This document shows, piece after piece, positions 10,991-21,520 of a stretch of DNA of 47,282 nt. Below the pieces are notes generated by a model, which saw nothing but the letters and a program-made list of their open reading frames with translations, was not told the DNA's origin and ran no database searches. Position 1 is the stretch's first letter. Each line of letters starts with the position of its first letter. Source of the stretch: Halanaerobiales bacterium (GTDB taxonomy: Bacteria; Bacillota; Halanaerobiia; Halanaerobiales; DATFIM01); NCBI GenBank assembly GCA_035270125.1, contig DATFIM010000139.1, positions 1 to 47,282 of the forward strand, in the 5' to 3' direction. The translations under genes were made by a program, and so were the position numbers.

Positions 10991-11980
10991 TTAATCAAAC
11001 CAGGGGCTGGGAATAAATAATTCTTCCCCTTTTTCAATAGCAAATCGATCTGACATGCCCGCGATATAATCAATAATAATTTGTTCAATACCAAATTTAT
11101 CTATCATAGATTTAAATTTTGCAGGAATTTCACTCTTGTTATCTTTGTAGTACTTAAATAAGATTTTCAATAGTCTTTCAGCTTTAACTTCTTCTTTTTT
11201 TGCTCCACTACCAATGTAGACATTATCAAAAAGAAATTTTCGCAATTCAGATGTTGCTTTTTTAACTTTTTTACTTCGACATATTTCTGGATTATTATAA
11301 CTATTTAAAACAATATCTCTAACCATTTTATCAATCCGATCAGAATGAGTCTCTCCTAAAATTTTGATAGACTTTTTAGGTAAATCAGATTTATTAATAA
11401 TTCCTGCCCTTAAAGCATCATCAATATCGTGATTAATATATGCAATTCTATCTGCGATTCTTACTATTTTTCCTTCCAGAGTAGAAGGAGATTCGTTTCC
11501 TGTATGATGTAATATCCCATCTCTTACCTCCCAGGAAAGATTTAAATCTTCCAGATAATCAACTACCCGTAAACTCTGTTTATTATGTTCAAAACCCTTA
11601 TTAGAAATCTGATCTAAAATTGCTTCTCCGGCATGACCAAATGGTGTATGGCCTAAATCATGGCCTAATGAAATTGCTTCTGTTAAATCTTCATTTAATT
11701 TTAAGGAACGCGCTATAGTTCTTGCAATCTGACTTACTTCCAGAGTATGTGTTAACCTGGTTCGATAGTGATCCCCAGCAGGAGAAATAAATACCTGGGT
11801 TTTATGTTTAAGCCTTCTAAAAGCCTTGCTATGAATAATTCTATCTCTATCCTGCTGAAAAATAGGTCTAATATCACATTTTGCTTCTTCTTTTAATCTT
11901 CCTTTGCTTTCACTACTAAAGCTGGCATATTTAGAAAATATTTCTTTTTCTCTTTCTTCCAGGTCAATTCTAGAAAACAT
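10991..11980 (-). CDS. dGTP triphosphohydrolase-like HD-domain protein
   Basis: RLTHTLEVSQIAR and GHDLGHTPFGH HD motifs. Length (about 330 aa) matches the short Dgt-like family. Confidence 0.85.
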   Translation of the reverse strand: MFSRIDLEEREKEIFSKYASFSSESKGRLKEEAKCDIRPIFQQDRDRIIHSKAFRRLKHKTQVFISPAGDHYRTRLTHTLEVSQIARTIARSLKLNEDLTEAISLGHDLGHTPFGHAGEAILDQISNKGFEHNKQSLRVVDYLEDLNLSWEVRDGILHHTGNESPSTLEGKIVRIADRIAYINHDIDDALRAGIINKSDLPKKSIKILGETHSDRIDKMVRDIVLNSYNNPEICRSKKVKKATSELRKFLFDNVYIGSGAKKEEVKAERLLKILFKYYKDNKSEIPAKFKSMIDKFGIEQIIIDYIAGMSDRFAIEKGEELFIPSPWFD

Positions 11981-11999
11981 AAAATAGCCTCCTTAAAAT

Positions 12000-12797
12000 T
12001 TAAATATAAGACATAACTTCATTGGCCGACTCTTCAATTGATTTATTAGTAACATCAATAACAGGACACCCTATTTTTTGCATTATTTTTTCTGCATGCT
12101 CTAATTCATTATTTATTCTTTTTATAGAAGCATACTGAGAATCAGGACTTAATCCTAAAGCTTTTAGTCTTTCCTGCCTAATTTCATTTAATAATAAAGG
12201 ATCAATAGTTAAACCAATAATTTTATTACCTGGATTTCTATAAAGCAAAGGAGACTCTTCAACTTCTGGAACTAATGGAACATTGGCTGCTTTATATCCT
12301 CTATAAGACAAATAAATACACATAGGTGTTTTAGAAGTCCGAGATACTCCAACTAATACCACATCGGCAAGTCTAATACCCTTATCATCATTTCTATCAT
12401 CATATTTTACTGTAAATTCCATAGCTTCAACTCTTTTAAAATAATTTTGATCTAATCTATGAACCAAACCTGGTTTTAGTCTAGGTTCTATATCAAGCAT
12501 ATCTTGAAATTTTTTCATAACTGGACCCATAATATCAATTATTGGTACATCATTTTTTTCACCTAATTCAACAAATTCTTTTCTTAATTTAGGATTAATT
12601 AAAGTAAAAACAATTAAAGATTTATCTTTTTTTGCTCTTTCTATGATATTTTTTAATTCACGAGATGTTTTAATATATGAATATCTTTCTGTCTCAATAT
12701 GACCTGAATTAAATTGACTTGCTGCAGCATCCACTACATTCTGAGCAGTATCCCCTATTGAATCAGATACAACATATACTTTAGGTTTTTCTTGCAA
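12000..12797 (-). CDS. yqfL: Pyruvate,phosphate dikinase / PEP synthase regulatory protein (bifunctional kinase-pyrophosphorylase, DUF299)
   Basis: VYVVSDSIGDTA N-terminus and P-loop VGVSRTSKTP. I call TTG at 12797, 8 nt after the GAGG core. The track GTG at 12806 sits inside the SD. Confidence 0.88.
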   Translation of the reverse strand: MQEKPKVYVVSDSIGDTAQNVVDAAASQFNSGHIETERYSYIKTSRELKNIIERAKKDKSLIVFTLINPKLRKEFVELGEKNDVPIIDIMGPVMKKFQDMLDIEPRLKPGLVHRLDQNYFKRVEAMEFTVKYDDRNDDKGIRLADVVLVGVSRTSKTPMCIYLSYRGYKAANVPLVPEVEESPLLYRNPGNKIIGLTIDPLLLNEIRQERLKALGLSPDSQYASIKRINNELEHAEKIMQKIGCPVIDVTNKSIEESANEVMSYI

Positions 12798-12830
12798 TTT
12801 TATCACCTCTATTTTAGTCTTTGATAATTA

Positions 12831-14891
12831 TTAATCATCAAGAGCAATTTCATCAATATCTATAAACATTTCTGAAATTTTTGCTACTTTTTGTAAAAGT
12901 GCAAGTCTATTTTTTCTCAATTTTTTATTATCTACCATAACTATCACATTATCTAAAAATAAATCTACAGGTTTCTTAAATTCAACTAATCTTTTTAAAG
13001 CAGACTTGTAATCCCCAGTTTTATATTTATTTTTAATTATCTCTTTCAAATTTATATATTTATTATATAGATTTTCTTCTTCTTCAGTTTCAAATAAATT
13101 TTTATCTATATCAGGTTTCCCCTCAGCTTTATTTCCAAGGTTTTTAGCTCTTACTAAACCCCTAAATAAATCAACAAATAATTCTGGATTATCCTGGCGA
13201 ACTTCCATGACAGCTTCTGCTCTGTCTTTAAGATCTACAAAATCGTCATTTTTAATGCTAATCGCTGCATTTATAACATCATATCTCAAATTCATTTCTT
13301 CTAATTCATTACGTAATCTCTGTAATAATAATTCTTTTATTTCTTTTATTAAATCATCACTATCATTATTCAATGTATCAAGACTATAATTAATTAAATT
13401 ACTAATTTTTATATTTTCTCCAAGATTAATTATAATTCTTACTATTGAAGAAGCCTGTCTTCTTAAGGCAAAAGGATCCTGGGAACCGCTTGGTTTAATT
13501 CCCAAACTATAATGAGCAGTAATATTATCTAATTTATCAGCTATACTAAGTATACTTCCTATAACAGTTTCAGGTAACTTATCCCCAGCAAAACGTGGTA
13601 AATAATGTTCTCGGATACCTTCAACAACATCTTTGTTTTCTCCAGCTATATCAGCATATTCGGCACCCATTATTCCCTGCAATTTAGCAAATTCATTGAC
13701 CATTTCTGTAAGTAAATCATTTTTACTTAATTCAGCAGCTCTAATAAGATTATCTGTTTTATCCTTTGCTAAATTATATTCATTGGCAATTTTTTTAGAT
13801 AATTTTTCAATTCTCAATACTTTATCATACATAGTACCTAAATCTTCTTTAAAGATAACATCTTTTAAATCATCTTTTAGATTTGCAAAATCATCTTTTT
13901 GATCTTCTTCAAAAAAGAATTGTGCATCAGCTAGCCTGGCCTTTAATACCATTTCATTACCATTTATAACAGTATCTAAATGCTCTTCATTACCGTCTCT
14001 TACACCAACAAAAAGATTATCTAGTTCTCCAGATTTTTTCCTTACTGGAAAATAGCGTTGATGTTCTACCATAGATGTTATCAAAACATCTTCTGGAATT
14101 TCCAAATATTCATTAGAAAAGCTTCCACAAAATGCTGTCGGATATTCTACTAAATCCACTACTTCAGATAATAGATCATCAGTAAAAACAACTTCTCCTG
14201 AAATTTTATCCAAATCTTTAATTTGTTCTATGATAATTTTTTTTCTTTTATCTTGATCAACAATTATATAATTATCATTTAATATATCAAAATAATTTTG
14301 AGCTTTATCAATTTTACATGCATTTTCAGTTAAAAAACGATGGCCATAACTTAATCTGCCAGAAGTTACACCTGCAATTTCAAAATTTATTTCCTGGTTA
14401 CCAAATAAAGCAACCAGCCATTTAATTGGTCTTATAAATTTAAAATCAACATTCCCCCAGCGCATGGACTTAGGAAAATTAATATTTTTCATTAAGCTTA
14501 AAATAATATCATTTAATATTTTTTTTGTTTTTTCCCCTTCTTCAACTTTATCAGCATAAAGATAATCATCTCTTACTACCAGGTCTTCAACTTCAACTCC
14601 CTGTCCCCGGGCAAAACCTTCACCAGCTTTAGTAGGATTACCATCATCATCAAAAGCAATTTCATAGGCAGGCCCTCTTACACTTTCTTTTTTATCATTT
14701 TGATTTTCAGACAAATCTTCAATATATAAAGTTAATCTTCGTGGAGTTGAATACACATTTAAATCTTTATATTCCAAACGATTATCAGAAAAAATATTAG
14801 CTGCTTTTTGTGAAAAATTTTGACGAATTAAATCCATATCATTAGCAGGCATCTCTTCAGTTCCAATCTCTAATAAAAAATCTTCAGCCAT
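12831..14891 (-). CDS. glyS: Glycine--tRNA ligase beta subunit
   Basis: LLEIGTEEMP N-terminus, about 686 aa, directly downstream of glyQ. ATG at 14891 has AAAGGAG 8 nt upstream; the track GTG at 14900 abuts the SD. Confidence 0.95.
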   Translation of the reverse strand: MAEDFLLEIGTEEMPANDMDLIRQNFSQKAANIFSDNRLEYKDLNVYSTPRRLTLYIEDLSENQNDKKESVRGPAYEIAFDDDGNPTKAGEGFARGQGVEVEDLVVRDDYLYADKVEEGEKTKKILNDIILSLMKNINFPKSMRWGNVDFKFIRPIKWLVALFGNQEINFEIAGVTSGRLSYGHRFLTENACKIDKAQNYFDILNDNYIIVDQDKRKKIIIEQIKDLDKISGEVVFTDDLLSEVVDLVEYPTAFCGSFSNEYLEIPEDVLITSMVEHQRYFPVRKKSGELDNLFVGVRDGNEEHLDTVINGNEMVLKARLADAQFFFEEDQKDDFANLKDDLKDVIFKEDLGTMYDKVLRIEKLSKKIANEYNLAKDKTDNLIRAAELSKNDLLTEMVNEFAKLQGIMGAEYADIAGENKDVVEGIREHYLPRFAGDKLPETVIGSILSIADKLDNITAHYSLGIKPSGSQDPFALRRQASSIVRIIINLGENIKISNLINYSLDTLNNDSDDLIKEIKELLLQRLRNELEEMNLRYDVINAAISIKNDDFVDLKDRAEAVMEVRQDNPELFVDLFRGLVRAKNLGNKAEGKPDIDKNLFETEEEENLYNKYINLKEIIKNKYKTGDYKSALKRLVEFKKPVDLFLDNVIVMVDNKKLRKNRLALLQKVAKISEMFIDIDEIALDD

Positions 14892-14936
14892 TTTTTTCAC
14901 TCCTTTGTTAAGTATAAACTTACAATATTGTAAATT

Positions 14937-15773
14937 TTATTTATTCAGATAAACTTTAGCACATTCATGAGCTAATTTTCTAACTCGTTTTATATAATTA
15001 GCCCTCTCACTTACACTAACTGCTCCTCTTCCATCCAAAAGATTAAATACATGTGAACACTTAAGAGTATAATCATAAGCAGGCAATGCCAGTTCTTTAT
15101 CAATTATCTTTTTAGCTTCCTTTTCAAACATATCAAATTGCTTTTGTAAAAAATCTATACTTGCAATTTCAAAATTATATTCAGATTGCTCTACTTCATT
15201 ATTATAATAAATATCACCATATTTTACTCCTTCTACCCATTCAATCTCATAAACCTCATCTACTTTTTGCAAATACATAGCAAGTCTTTCAAGTCCATAA
15301 GTAATTTCTACAGTAACTGGTTTAGCTTCAAAACCACCTACCTGTTGAAAATATGTAAATTGAGTTATTTCCATACCATCCAACCAGACTTCCCAACCAA
15401 GACCCCAGGCTCCTAATGTAGGAGCTTCCCAGTTGTCTTCAACAAAACGAATATCATGTTTTTTTGAATCAATTCCTAGTGCGGAAAGACTATCCAAAAA
15501 CAGCTGTTGTATATTATCAGGTGAAGGTTTCATTATTACCTGATACTGAAAATATCTCTGCATTCTATAGGGATTATCTCCATATCTACCATCCTGTGGT
15601 CTTCTACAGGGTTGAACATAAGCAGTATTCCATTCTTCAGGGCCCAGAGAACGTAAAAATGTAGAAGGGCTCATTGTTCCAGCTCCAACCTCAATATCAT
15701 AAGGTTGTTCGATTACACAATTTTGTTCACCCCAAAATTTGTTTAAACGCTGTATTATTTCTTGAAAGTTCAT
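14937..15773 (-). CDS. glyQ: Glycine--tRNA ligase alpha subunit
   Basis: [19 protein letters not shown] start resembles other GlyQ N-termini. Sequence is highly conserved throughout ([15 protein letters not shown]). The second ATG at 15773 is preferred on SD spacing. Confidence 0.95.
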   Translation of the reverse strand: MNFQEIIQRLNKFWGEQNCVIEQPYDIEVGAGTMSPSTFLRSLGPEEWNTAYVQPCRRPQDGRYGDNPYRMQRYFQYQVIMKPSPDNIQQLFLDSLSALGIDSKKHDIRFVEDNWEAPTLGAWGLGWEVWLDGMEITQFTYFQQVGGFEAKPVTVEITYGLERLAMYLQKVDEVYEIEWVEGVKYGDIYYNNEVEQSEYNFEIASIDFLQKQFDMFEKEAKKIIDKELALPAYDYTLKCSHVFNLLDGRGAVSVSERANYIKRVRKLAHECAKVYLNK

Positions 15774-15814
15774 TATATCCATCCTTTCTTTGCTAGAATA
15801 TTAAAATAAAAGGA

Positions 15815-15855
15815 AAAACCTCATTCCAATTTTAGGAACGAGGTAAATTTATATT
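15815..15855 (-). terminator. Intrinsic terminator between the DUF4342-like gene and glyQ
   Basis: Minus strand: CCTCGTTCC-TAAAATT-GGAATGAGG (one G-U pair) followed by TTTTTCCTTTTATTTT (arms 15829-15837 and 15845-15853). Confidence 0.65.
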
Positions 15856-15873
15856 AATCTTAAATTAATATTT

Positions 15874-16299
15874 TTAATTTAAATCTTCCTCTTCTTGTTT
15901 TTCTTTTTCTTTTGTTATTTCTAATTTATATTCTTTCAACATAGCAGCCATACCACCTAAAATTCCTATATAGGGAAATAAAACCAGACCAACCACTCCT
16001 GCAGTTACAGGTATTTCAAGAATCGATTCTCCCTTATCATTCTTAACTGTAATTTTTTTTACGTTACCTTCTTTAATTATTTCTCTTAACTTGTCCATTA
16101 ATTCATTTCCCATTACATTCATTTTTTCTTTTTCATATTTTTTTTCAGTATCCTGTTTTTCACCAGTTTCCATATTTTCTTCTAAATGAATTAAAGCTGC
16201 AACGACATCTCCATCACAATCCTCTAAAGCCTGATTGGCTTCATTATAACTAACATCCAATCGTTTTTTTATAATATCAATCTTTTCTAATTTTTCCAT
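15874..16299 (-). CDS. UBA/TS-N-like N-terminal domain plus DUF4342-like C-terminal domain protein
   Basis: The N-terminus LDVSYNEANQALEDCDGDVVAALIHLEE resembles the EF-Ts/UBA fold signature. The C-terminal half (KITVKNDKGESILEIPVTAGVVGLVLFPYIGILGGMAAML) resembles DUF4342 with a hydrophobic hairpin. Assignment is by eye only. Confidence 0.6.
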   Translation of the reverse strand: MEKLEKIDIIKKRLDVSYNEANQALEDCDGDVVAALIHLEENMETGEKQDTEKKYEKEKMNVMGNELMDKLREIIKEGNVKKITVKNDKGESILEIPVTAGVVGLVLFPYIGILGGMAAMLKEYKLEITKEKEKQEEEDLN

Positions 16300-16319
16300 T
16301 ATATCACCTCTTTTTAAAT

Positions 16320-17093
16320 TTAACCTAAGTTTTTGATCATATGTAAAAATTTTTCTGATTTAATGTTTATATCAAGGTGATAAATAATAAATTGGTCTAT
16401 TAGTTTGTTAATTATCTGAAATGCATTTTCAGATATTCTTAAATTTTTAGGTAGTGTTTTATTTTCACCAAGGAGATATCTTAAGATAACTAAAGATTCT
16501 CCAGATATATAAAAGTTATACTCTTCTTCATTTTGTAAACAATTATCACAAACAAGTCCACCATGAGATATACTAAAAGTATTAGATTTAGAAGGATTAA
16601 TTTTTTTATCACATTTAACACAACTCATAAATTCCGGTTTAAAACCCAAAATTTCAAGTAATTTCCCTTTAAAAGTAATATTAATTAAATCCAATTTTTC
16701 AGTATCATTTTTATCTGTATTTCTAATATTATAAAATGTTTTTAAAATAAGTGAAAAAAACAATTCATTCGGTTTATCTTCCTGTCCAGTTTTTGTAGAT
16801 ATTTCTGCGACATATGAAGCATATGCCATTTTTAAAAGGTTTTCACGCAATTCAGGAAAAGAGTATATGTTTTCAATATGATTAATTTTAGCTAAAGATT
16901 TGCCCTGATATATTTTTATTTCATTATAACTAAAAGGCAAAACTAATCCAGAAATTCTACTTTTTGCTTTACGAACTCCATTGGCTACAGCCCTTACTTT
17001 TCCTTTATCTCGGGTATAAAAGGTTATTATTTTATCTGACTCACCGAGATCAAAATGTTTTAATATTATACCTTCTGTTTCAAAAGTGGCCAT
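16320..17093 (-). CDS. recO: DNA repair protein RecO
   Basis: N-terminal OB region (EGIILKHFDLGESDKIITFYTRDKGK) and zinc finger CVKCDKK...CDNC. It lies downstream of era, as in the B. subtilis era-recO region, although deoC intervenes here. Confidence 0.9.
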   Translation of the reverse strand: MATFETEGIILKHFDLGESDKIITFYTRDKGKVRAVANGVRKAKSRISGLVLPFSYNEIKIYQGKSLAKINHIENIYSFPELRENLLKMAYASYVAEISTKTGQEDKPNELFFSLILKTFYNIRNTDKNDTEKLDLINITFKGKLLEILGFKPEFMSCVKCDKKINPSKSNTFSISHGGLVCDNCLQNEEEYNFYISGESLVILRYLLGENKTLPKNLRISENAFQIINKLIDQFIIYHLDINIKSEKFLHMIKNLG

Positions 17094-17096
17094 TAT

Positions 17097-17789
17097 CTAA
17101 TCTGTATCCACTCCCTCTCCTGTAACTATTTCAACACCTGAACTTGCACCAATTCTATTTGCACCTGCATCTAACATATCAAGAGCCTGGTCAAAGTTTT
17201 TAATTCCTCCTGAAGCTTTAACACCAATATCTCTCCCAACAGTTTTTCTCATTAAACTTACACCCTCAATAGTGGCTCCATCAGTGCCAAAACCAGTGGA
17301 GGTTTTTACAAAATCTGCACCAGCATCTTTAGCAATTTCACAGGCTTTTACAATTTCTTCATCATCAAGATAACAGGTTTCAATAATTACTTTAACTATA
17401 ATATCTGAAGTAACCCCTGTCGATTTTGTTGCATCTACTACTGATTTTATATCAGATTTTACTAAATCATAAGCTTTAGATTTAAAAGCTGAAATATTCA
17501 TTACCATATCAATTTCCTGAGCACCATTTTTAATAGCATTTCTTGTTTCAAATGCTTTTGTTTCAGAAGTATTGGCTCCTAAAGGAAATCCAATAACAGT
17601 AGTCACTTTAACAGATGTATCTGCAAGCATTTTTGAAGCAAGAGGTACAAATACCGGGTGAATACAAACTGAAGCAAATTCATTTTCTGCAGCCTCATTA
17701 CATAATTTCTTTATATCATCCACTGTACCAGTTGCTTTTAGGAAAGTATGATCAATCATTTTTGCCATGTCACGTGGTTTAATAGCCAC
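17097..17789 (-). CDS. deoC: Deoxyribose-phosphate aldolase
   Basis: IDHTFLK and the Schiff-base lysine motif DFVKTSTGF. The start is ambiguous. GTG at 17789 (AAGGAG 8 nt upstream) is preferred. The track GTG at 17798 overlaps the SD, and ATG at 17768 is also possible. Confidence 0.9.
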   Translation of the reverse strand: MAIKPRDMAKMIDHTFLKATGTVDDIKKLCNEAAENEFASVCIHPVFVPLASKMLADTSVKVTTVIGFPLGANTSETKAFETRNAIKNGAQEIDMVMNISAFKSKAYDLVKSDIKSVVDATKSTGVTSDIIVKVIIETCYLDDEEIVKACEIAKDAGADFVKTSTGFGTDGATIEGVSLMRKTVGRDIGVKASGGIKNFDQALDMLDAGANRIGASSGVEIVTGEGVDTD

Positions 17790-17900
17790 AACTATCACTC
17801 CTTAATTTATTTTCAAACTTAATTTTACTATAAAACGTTCATATCGTTAATATTTATATTCTGTATAATTAACAATTATCCTGCTTTAAAAGAAATTTTT

Positions 17901-18785
17901 TTAGTCTTTATAACCCATTTGTCTTAAAAGATTTTTATCCTCACGCCAATCTTTTTTGACTTTAACCCAGAGATCCAGATATACTTTGCTGTTTAACAAT
18001 TTTTCAATAGTTTTTCTTGATTCAGAGCCTATTTTCTTTAATCTTTTGCCATTTTTCCCAATTACTATTCCTTTATGAGATTTCTTTTCTACTATTACAT
18101 TTGCTCTAACAAATATCATACCATTATCTCTTTCTTTCATTTCTTCAACTAAAACTGCAGCTCCATATGGTATTTCTTCACGGGTATATTTAAATATTTG
18201 CTCTCTGATTAATTCTGAAACAATAAATTTTTCTATTTGATCGGTAAACATTTCTTCAGGATAATATTTTGGTCCTTCAGGTAGTAAAGAGAATATCTTA
18301 TTAAATAGATTATCAATATTTCTTCCTGATTTTGCAGAAATAGGTATAACTTCTAAATCTGTATTTTTTTCATAATTTTTCTGTCTTTTAATTAGTAATT
18401 TATTATTTATTTTGTCAATTTTATTCATAACAACTAATACAGGAATATCTATACCAGAAATCTGGTTTAATATAAATTTATCTCCTTTACCAAAAGGAGA
18501 ATTGGCATCTACCATAAATAGCACTACATCTATTCCTTTTAAACTTTGAAATGCCTGATCTAACATATACTTATCTAATTCATTTTTAGCCTTATGAACA
18601 CCTGGAGTATCCATAAATATAACCTGGCCCTGATCATCAGTGTAAATAGCTTTAAGTTGATTACGGGTAGTCTGTGGTTTTTTAGATACAATAACTGTTT
18701 TTTCTCCAATCAACTCATTAACTAAAGTTGATTTTCCTACATTGGGTCTTCCAATTACTGAAACAAATCCTGATTTAAAACTCAT
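17901..18785 (-). CDS. era: GTPase Era
   Basis: MSFKSGFVSVIGRPNVGKSTL G1 motif, DTPG, NKID, and a C-terminal KH domain. ATG at 18785 overlaps the cdd 3' end by 11 nt. The track extension of 23 aa is unconserved. Confidence 0.95.
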   Translation of the reverse strand: MSFKSGFVSVIGRPNVGKSTLVNELIGEKTVIVSKKPQTTRNQLKAIYTDDQGQVIFMDTPGVHKAKNELDKYMLDQAFQSLKGIDVVLFMVDANSPFGKGDKFILNQISGIDIPVLVVMNKIDKINNKLLIKRQKNYEKNTDLEVIPISAKSGRNIDNLFNKIFSLLPEGPKYYPEEMFTDQIEKFIVSELIREQIFKYTREEIPYGAAVLVEEMKERDNGMIFVRANVIVEKKSHKGIVIGKNGKRLKKIGSESRKTIEKLLNSKVYLDLWVKVKKDWREDKNLLRQMGYKD

Positions 18786-19185
18786 TATCCATATCCTCCT
18801 GCTTAAAAGCTCCAGGTAATAATTCACAACTCTTTTTAATAATTTCTTTACCATTTTTATTTATCATAATTACTTCAATATCTTCACCAAATTCATTTAT
18901 CACCTGTCTACATGCCCCACAGGGGCTTATTATTTTTTCATAATTTCCATACAAAAGTAAAGCTTCAAAATCCCTGTATCCTTCTGAAACCGCTTTGAAA
19001 ATCGCAGTTCTTTCAGCGCAATTAGTTACACTATAAGAAGCATTTTCAATATTAACACCAGTAAAAATCTTTCCCTCTTTTGTTAATAGAGCTGCAGAGA
19101 GAGGAAAATCAGAATAAGGAACATAGGCATATTTTATTGCATTTTTTGCTTTCTTTAACATTTTATCTTTAATTTCTTTTTCCAT
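18775..19185 (-). CDS. cdd: Cytidine deaminase
   Basis: Zinc motifs CAERTAIF and PCGACRQV. ATG at 19185 has an AAGGTGA SD 5 nt upstream. Confidence 0.93.
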   Translation of the reverse strand: MEKEIKDKMLKKAKNAIKYAYVPYSDFPLSAALLTKEGKIFTGVNIENASYSVTNCAERTAIFKAVSEGYRDFEALLLYGNYEKIISPCGACRQVINEFGEDIEVIMINKNGKEIIKKSCELLPGAFKQEDMDNEF

Positions 19186-20170
19186 TATTATCACCTTTTT
19201 CATATTTTATTTCACTTGAAGTTGGAACAACCTGAATCCAGGTTTTACCAGGATTGAGTTTTACTTCTTTGTTTTCATTATTATAAAAAACAGTCCATTC
19301 TCCTTCTTCTTTTTTCCATTTTCCCTCTATAAATTCTCCATCTATAAAATAATAAGCTTTTCCTGTACCATTAATTTTCATTTCTAATCTGCCCTGATCA
19401 TCTTTAGACTTTGTTTCTACAAATTTAACTAATATGTTTTTTACTGTGATTTGTTCATTATTTTGATTTAAATGTGGAGTTTCAAAATCATTTAAATATC
19501 TTTTATATACATTATTCTTAATATCATATTCATAATTAACTTCATAATTACCCCAATAATCAATTTTTATTTTTTTAGCTTCAATCTTCTCAATATTAAT
19601 AAAACTTAAATCCTTAAATTCAAATCTGCTTTGGTATTCCTGACCAGTTCTATTATTTAAATAATCACTAATTTTAAAATAGCCAGTAAATAAGTTGTGA
19701 GGTATTTTTTTCTCACTACCTCTCCAAAAATAATTCCCATTATATATTTGATCTATGTGTTTTATATCATTATTTTGTAAAATATTAAATCCAGCAGGGC
19801 TTGCTCCTGCATGTAATAAAATTGACTTATAAGAATTAGAAGTTTTAATCAAATAAGGTCTGGCACTTCTGATAGGACCAATTTTATTAGGAATTTCATA
19901 CCAATATAATGCTAAAAAACGAGTAATTCCACCTTCAACAAGATATTCATAAACAATTGGGGCAGAATTCAATCCAGATTGTGGTCTGGCCTGTTTAGAA
20001 TTTTCAATAACAGCCATTACCGCATTCTGAAAAAACTTTTCCTGGATAACTCTGCCAGAAAAAGGAGAAAAATTATATTTCTGTGCTTTAATTTTAGTTG
20101 GTGTTATTACTTGCAAAATAATAATTATTAAAATAAATAATATAAAATATTTTTTTCGTTTATATTTCAT
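19169..20170 (-). CDS. DUF3048 (YerB-like) secreted/lipoprotein-type protein
   Basis: N-terminal signal/TM segment, then ENSKQARPQSGLNSAPIVYEYLVEGGITRFLALY, which resembles the DUF3048 N-domain signature. Function unknown. Confidence 0.7.
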   Translation of the reverse strand: MKYKRKKYFILFILIIIILQVITPTKIKAQKYNFSPFSGRVIQEKFFQNAVMAVIENSKQARPQSGLNSAPIVYEYLVEGGITRFLALYWYEIPNKIGPIRSARPYLIKTSNSYKSILLHAGASPAGFNILQNNDIKHIDQIYNGNYFWRGSEKKIPHNLFTGYFKISDYLNNRTGQEYQSRFEFKDLSFINIEKIEAKKIKIDYWGNYEVNYEYDIKNNVYKRYLNDFETPHLNQNNEQITVKNILVKFVETKSKDDQGRLEMKINGTGKAYYFIDGEFIEGKWKKEEGEWTVFYNNENKEVKLNPGKTWIQVVPTSSEIKYEKGDNNGKRN

Positions 20171-20239
20171 CTTAAAAATTTAAAACCTCCCTTAAACCTC
20201 AAAAATATTTACTCAAATTTTTATTATGAAATTTTAAAC

Positions 20240-21493
20240 CTAAAAGGTTAATGGCTTTTCACTTTTTATTCTAACTTTTTCAATACGATGTTCACTAACT
20301 TCTTCAACAGTTATTATTAAATTATTTATTTCTATTTTTTCACCTTTATTAGGTAAATATCCTAAATTATGAAGGATAAATCCACTTATAGTTTCAAAAT
20401 TTTCTTCTTCGTGTAAAGAATTCTCTAATTTTTCATTTACTTTATCAATATCAATTCTGGCATCTACAAGCATTTCATTTTCATTAACTTTTTCAATCAT
20501 TTTTGTTTCAAGATCAAACTCATCCTGTATATCTCCAACTATTTCTTCTAATAAATCTTCAATAGTTATTAAACCAGAAGTCCCTCCATATTCATCAAGA
20601 ACAATTGCCATATGCTCTCTTCTTTTTTGCATTTCTGTTAATAAAGTATTTATAGGTTTTGACTCTGGAATAAAATAAATAGGTTTAATAAATTCTTCAA
20701 GATTAATATCTTTTTCATCTTCATCTGATAATATTAATTTTAATAAATCTTTTACATATATTAATCCTATAATATCATCCACTATATTTTCATAAACTGG
20801 TATTCTAGAATGGCCATATTCAACAGCCAATTCTACAACCTCTTTTACATCAGCCTCATTATCTATACAAACCATATCTATTCTAGGAACCATTATTTCT
20901 CTTACCTGAGTATCATCAAAATCAAATACACTTTGTATCATATCTTTTTCTATTTCCTTAATAACCCCTTCTTCTTCACTGACATTAACAAATCTTCTTA
21001 TTTCCTCTTCAGTAATAAATGCAGAAGAAATCAAATTTTCTTTTCCAATAACTTTTTTTATTATCCAGGAAAAGAAAAGAACAAATGGATAAAATATTTT
21101 TTCTGTCCAGTAAAGAAATGGAGCAACAATTTTAGCATATTTCAAAGAATTACTATTCCCAAGTGACTTAGGGGTAATTTCACCAAATATTAATATAAAT
21201 AGAGTTACTACTCCTGTAGCAATACCTACACCTTTACTTCCAAAAAGTTCAATAGCAATTGAAGTAGCAATTGAAGAAGTAGCGATATTTACGAGATTAT
21301 TTCCTATTAAAATAGTAGTTAAAAGTCTGGTTTCATCTTCCAGTAATTGATCAACAAGATTGGCTTTTTCATCTCCTTTATTACTTTTGTCTCTAATTTG
21401 AACTCTATTAACTGCCATGAAAGCTGTTTCTGAACCTGAAAAAAATGCGGAAAGAAATAGCAAAACTACTAAAAATATAAAATTAATAATCAT
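20240..21493 (-). CDS. CNNM/DUF21-CBS-CorC_HlyC family membrane protein (putative divalent cation efflux, hemolysin-like)
   Basis: Four N-terminal TM segments (DUF21), a CBS pair ([11 protein letters not shown]..., [21 protein letters not shown]), and a C-terminal CorC/HlyC transporter-associated domain. Confidence 0.88.
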   Translation of the reverse strand: MIINFIFLVVLLFLSAFFSGSETAFMAVNRVQIRDKSNKGDEKANLVDQLLEDETRLLTTILIGNNLVNIATSSIATSIAIELFGSKGVGIATGVVTLFILIFGEITPKSLGNSNSLKYAKIVAPFLYWTEKIFYPFVLFFSWIIKKVIGKENLISSAFITEEEIRRFVNVSEEEGVIKEIEKDMIQSVFDFDDTQVREIMVPRIDMVCIDNEADVKEVVELAVEYGHSRIPVYENIVDDIIGLIYVKDLLKLILSDEDEKDINLEEFIKPIYFIPESKPINTLLTEMQKRREHMAIVLDEYGGTSGLITIEDLLEEIVGDIQDEFDLETKMIEKVNENEMLVDARIDIDKVNEKLENSLHEEENFETISGFILHNLGYLPNKGEKIEINNLIITVEEVSEHRIEKVRIKSEKPLTF

Positions 21494-21520
21494 ATTTATC
21501 TTCCTGTTGTATTACAGGAA

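Noticed and set aside
15783-15873. Expected glyQS T-box riboswitch.
   Set aside because: The region is too short at 91 nt and lacks the conserved T-box sequence and specifier-loop architecture. Only a simple terminator hairpin is present, and this is reported as a finding instead.
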